From assembly GCF_009914755.1 (NCBI RefSeq), contig NC_060937.1: a DNA stretch of 64,000 nucleotides, one strand, 5' to 3'. This stretch comes from the human T2T-CHM13v2.0 reference genome, Homo sapiens. The position numbers and the translations under genes were made by a program. The notes under the pieces are model-generated. The model had not been told where the DNA came from, searched no databases, and saw only the letters and a program-made list of their open reading frames with translations. Positions 59,976 to 64,000 of the stretch are shown here, in pieces (within the stretch, counting starts at the first letter, position 1; each line of letters opens with the position of its first letter).

Positions 59976-62291
59976 GCTTCTTATCTCCTTGTACTCTTGT
60001 TCCTTGTCTCTCATGTTCAGCCCATCTCCAAGGGCTGCTGTGAGGATCACAACCAACAGGACACATGAAAAGTCTATAACACTGGCCAGATGCCTCTCAG
60101 AACCGCAGCAGAATGTGCCTGTGATTCATTCTGGCTGAGAAAATGTCGGGCTCCTCTTTGGGTGCACCAGGCCCCTGGGCCGGGCTGGGAGGGGTGACAC
60201 TGCCACTGCAGAAGGGGATGCCACCTTCTGAGAGCCACATGTTACTGTGTCTTCAACCCTGCCCCCTCTCACCATGCTAGTTTTTTGTTTGTTTGTTTGT
60301 TTTTCCATGGCACAGGGTTAGAGTCAGGGTCTCAGATAAAATGTAAGGGCTTGGTTTAATGAGTAATGGTAAGAAACGGCTGTAGGCAAGCCATCTGAGT
60401 TTTTCCAGATTAAAACAAGTATTTCTCTTGGTCTCTACCTTAATGTGAAGTAATTGCCCCCAAGTCAGCCCTGCTGCATCAGACACAGTGTGAGCCCAGC
60501 CCTTGCAGGGCCAGCATCAGGAAAGGCAACCTCAGAATTCTGTAGATGGGCATTTAGGGACAGAGTGCAGGGCAAGTATCAAACAATCCACTGTGCCATA
60601 ACAGGCCTGACTTGAGTTCCTGCCTCCATCCCTGAGCACCTGTGGGACTTTGGGCAAGTGATTTCAAGTTCTTGAGCTTCCATTTCCTCCTATTTACCCC
60701 AAAGAGTTACCCTCCACTGACTGCCGACTGTGCAGGCGTGAGCACCTGATGAATGTGAATTCCCTCTTCCCCTTGGCCCTTCCTTATCCCTGCTCCCTCC
60801 TCAGGTCTCCACTTAACTCCATCCTTTATCAACATCTTCTAGAAATATCTACTAGCTATAGTCTTCTCAAAAATAAAAATGAACACATTATAAGTGGGAG
60901 AGGGCATCAGGCATATCGAGTAGTGGTTGTGGCCTTAATGATTTTCCAAAACCAAGAAAAATGCTTGGGAGGGTGATATTACGTAGAAATGAAGGTGATT
61001 AGGCCACAGAAGGTTAATTCCAACTCTGGAAAATCAGTTCAGTAATTGTCTTCTGCAGAAGATGATAGCTTATTTCTGTAAAATAAAACCAGGCAATAAA
61101 AGTTAACCTTCATTTCTAGGAAATAATCCAGCCTGCTAGAATGACCAACTAAAATTTTCTACATTTTATGTATTGAGTTCAATAGCATCCTTCATAACAT
61201 AAAGTTAGTTTGAGAACACTACTTATGCAATAGAAAAGAAAATAGCCTGCATTTCTGGCTTCTGTCATAAGAAAAACTTCATTACCTTTCTGATTGTGTT
61301 TTGAACAACACACACAGATCCTAACAGGAAGAAACTTGTCCCCATGGGGACTGAGCCAGGATCAGAGTTAAGCACTGAAACAAGCAATTAATTCCCCTTA
61401 GAGGATTAAGGCACTCAGGTTCACTTTGAATCAGAAAAGCGAATCAAGAATAAAATGGTGTACAACCAAGAGGCTGCCAGTCCAACTTACTAAGTTAGAG
61501 AACTGAAGAGCAACCCCGGGTGCACAGGAGAAGCAGAGCAGCCGCTGACCCCCCCAGCAAGAAGACGGGTAGGGTTTGTTTCATGGGACAAGATCGTCCT
61601 TCATGACGCTGTGGAAACGTTGGGGAGAGCACGGTTTGTGCCCTAGGACGCTGGCCTTACTCTTAACAGATCCAGTCCACGAAAGTAAATCTAAAAAGCG
61701 TGTTCCAGCCTGCCACGCTGTCATCCCTCGTGCACGGATTTCCTCATAGCATCTTACTGTTAATACACAGAATCAAAGAATGACATGCATGAGACCTTAA
61801 CATCAGTTTGGAGAATTTTACTTTGGGTTCCTAGAGCCAATTCTGAGGGCACTGAACATCTCTGCAGATGTCGTTCCCTGATGCTGATGTGTTAAGGATA
61901 AGGGCGGCCTGCTGCTGTGGTCAGGATTCAGGCATCCTCCACTCTGGAAATCCAAGAGGCCAAAGCTGAACCTCTGTCCCAAAGCTAACTGGTCCGGACA
62001 ATAGCGGCATCCAGGGGACAGCATGGAGGTGGAACAGGCTCAGAGAGTCTCCAAAAGCTTTAGATCAGCAAAATCTGGTTTCCCATTGCCAATATTTGAG
62101 AAAATAAGAAGACTCATGAGCTGTCCATCTGGTCGGGCGCTGCCTGAAATGCCTGTCACTTATTCAGCAGTTCTCCTTCTTGAAACGCAGTCCGTCTATA
62201 GTTTCATATTTCACCACTGAAGCAGAACTTGAAAGTGATTACGAGTCCTTTGCATAACTGTTAGATTTTTTTCTTGATTTCTTTTTTCTTA

Positions 62292-62304
62292 GCCACCTGG
62301 TGGC
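62292..62304 (-). promoter_or_regulatory. CTCF motif candidate GCCACCAGGTGGC (near-palindromic)
   Basis: Matches the CTCF core CCACCAGGTGGC in otherwise AT-rich sequence. Confidence 0.55.
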
Positions 62305-62432
62305 AAGAGTGTAAAAGGCAGGATTTAAGAGTTTATGATGATAGTTTACAAATCACAACCACTTCATATGCCTGGTACACGTTTAAAAGCATGCATACGC
62401 AGACCAGGTGAACCGAACAAGGAAAGGGCTAG

Positions 62433-62807
<375 letters not shown>

Positions 62808-64000
62808 TAACATAAAAACCACCTTTATAAATGGTGCCTCAAGAAAATATTCATCTTTATATGAAAATTTCATGACAGGAGGAAATGTTAGTAAAATCTG
62901 TATGTCATCATGTCAAAGCATCTGTTTTCTCCACATGATATATCAAGCCAGTAACAATGCATACTGCCAGTTGGCAAGTTAAGACTTTGTTAGAAAAAAG
63001 TAAAATGATTTAGACTTGGGTAGCATGAAGCTCAGGCCCCTGCCAGAGGGGCTCTGCCACTGGCCAGGGAGAAATAGTGTCAGAATCATAAACTCCTGGT
63101 CCAGAAGGTGGCATGGCAAAGAGCTTATCTCTATCTTTACATTTGCTGCATTAATTTGCTTTTGTCATTCAATACCTCGTGTCAAAATTGGCCCCAGCAG
63201 ATCCTGGGCCCACCAGACTCACGAAGGGCATGGTGATCACGGCTGTACACTGGTTTCAAGGACACCAACTGCTGCTCTAGTCCTTCTGTGACCACCAGCA
63301 GCCCCACACTGTGCCAGCCCTGAGCAAACGCAGCCATTCTACATGGTGGAGATGGAGTAAGAGTCACATGCGATGTTGTGCACGTTTCCCCTAGAGAGGG
63401 TTTTTCTTACTTTATGGAAACCTTCTTGTGTCTCATCAAGTAGCCACTTCCCCTCCCTCCCCCACTGTAACATTATTTTCCCTGGAGAAAACGCCGAGTG
63501 TCTGATATAGTTACACATTAATTCTTCAGAAGTTTCTTAGAACTGTAGGAAACAGGTGAAAAAACAAAATGCCTTGAACTTTCAACCTGTGCCTGGCCTG
63601 TGTGCGCGAGGCGGGCCCTAAGGTCACTCTTCCCCGCGCGGCTCGGGGCGACGTGCCAGGGAGGGCTCGGGCCGCATCCTGTTGGCTCTTTGATGCTTTC
63701 GTTTTGTCGCTTGCTAGTTTCTTTACAGCAAAGGCAAGGGCTTCCTGCTAAGGCAGACCCCTCACCAGCCCCACTGCATACCCCGGAAAAGTCCCTGGCA
63801 AAACACCTTTCTTCCATTATCTGCACCGGCCCCGGTAAAACGCTGGCGCCTTTGAAATCAGAGGCCAGGGTCTCCTCTTCACAGTTCGCTCAAGACACTG
63901 AACACTTACGGGTCTGTGAAATCAAACGGACACTTGGTCCCTGATGCCACCCCAGGCCTCCTGAATGCTCCTCAGCAACCATCCCTTGAGTTTTTACTCT

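Overview
Primate (almost certainly human, 13q32.3) genomic DNA. It holds the 3' end of PCCA (propionyl-CoA carboxylase alpha) on the + strand: the tail of a very long intron, then the last three coding exons (34689-34829, 46966-47043, 49384-49452) encoding the biotinyl domain with the AMKM motif. Convergent with it on the - strand is the single coding exon of GGACT (gamma-glutamylamine cyclotransferase, 51413-51874), whose 3' UTR probably overlaps the PCCA 3' UTR. Further right, in the GGACT upstream/intronic region, a full-length, ORF-intact RPS26 retrocopy is nested in an old L1. The first 27 kb are Alu-dense (18 Alus, a MER50-like solo LTR, DNA-transposon relics). From about 27.2 to 39.3 kb I can recognise no transposons, and this stretch carries clusters of homeodomain, PBX/MEIS, SOX and FOX motifs. 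I see no evidence of a wholly new gene system. The best leads are a 5'-inverted (twin-primed) Alu forming a tight hairpin, candidate poison exons in PCCA, a transposon-derived uORF exon for GGACT, overlapping convergent 3' ends, the intact RPS26 copy and a young AluYd insertion. Repeat family names and boundaries are by eye and approximate.
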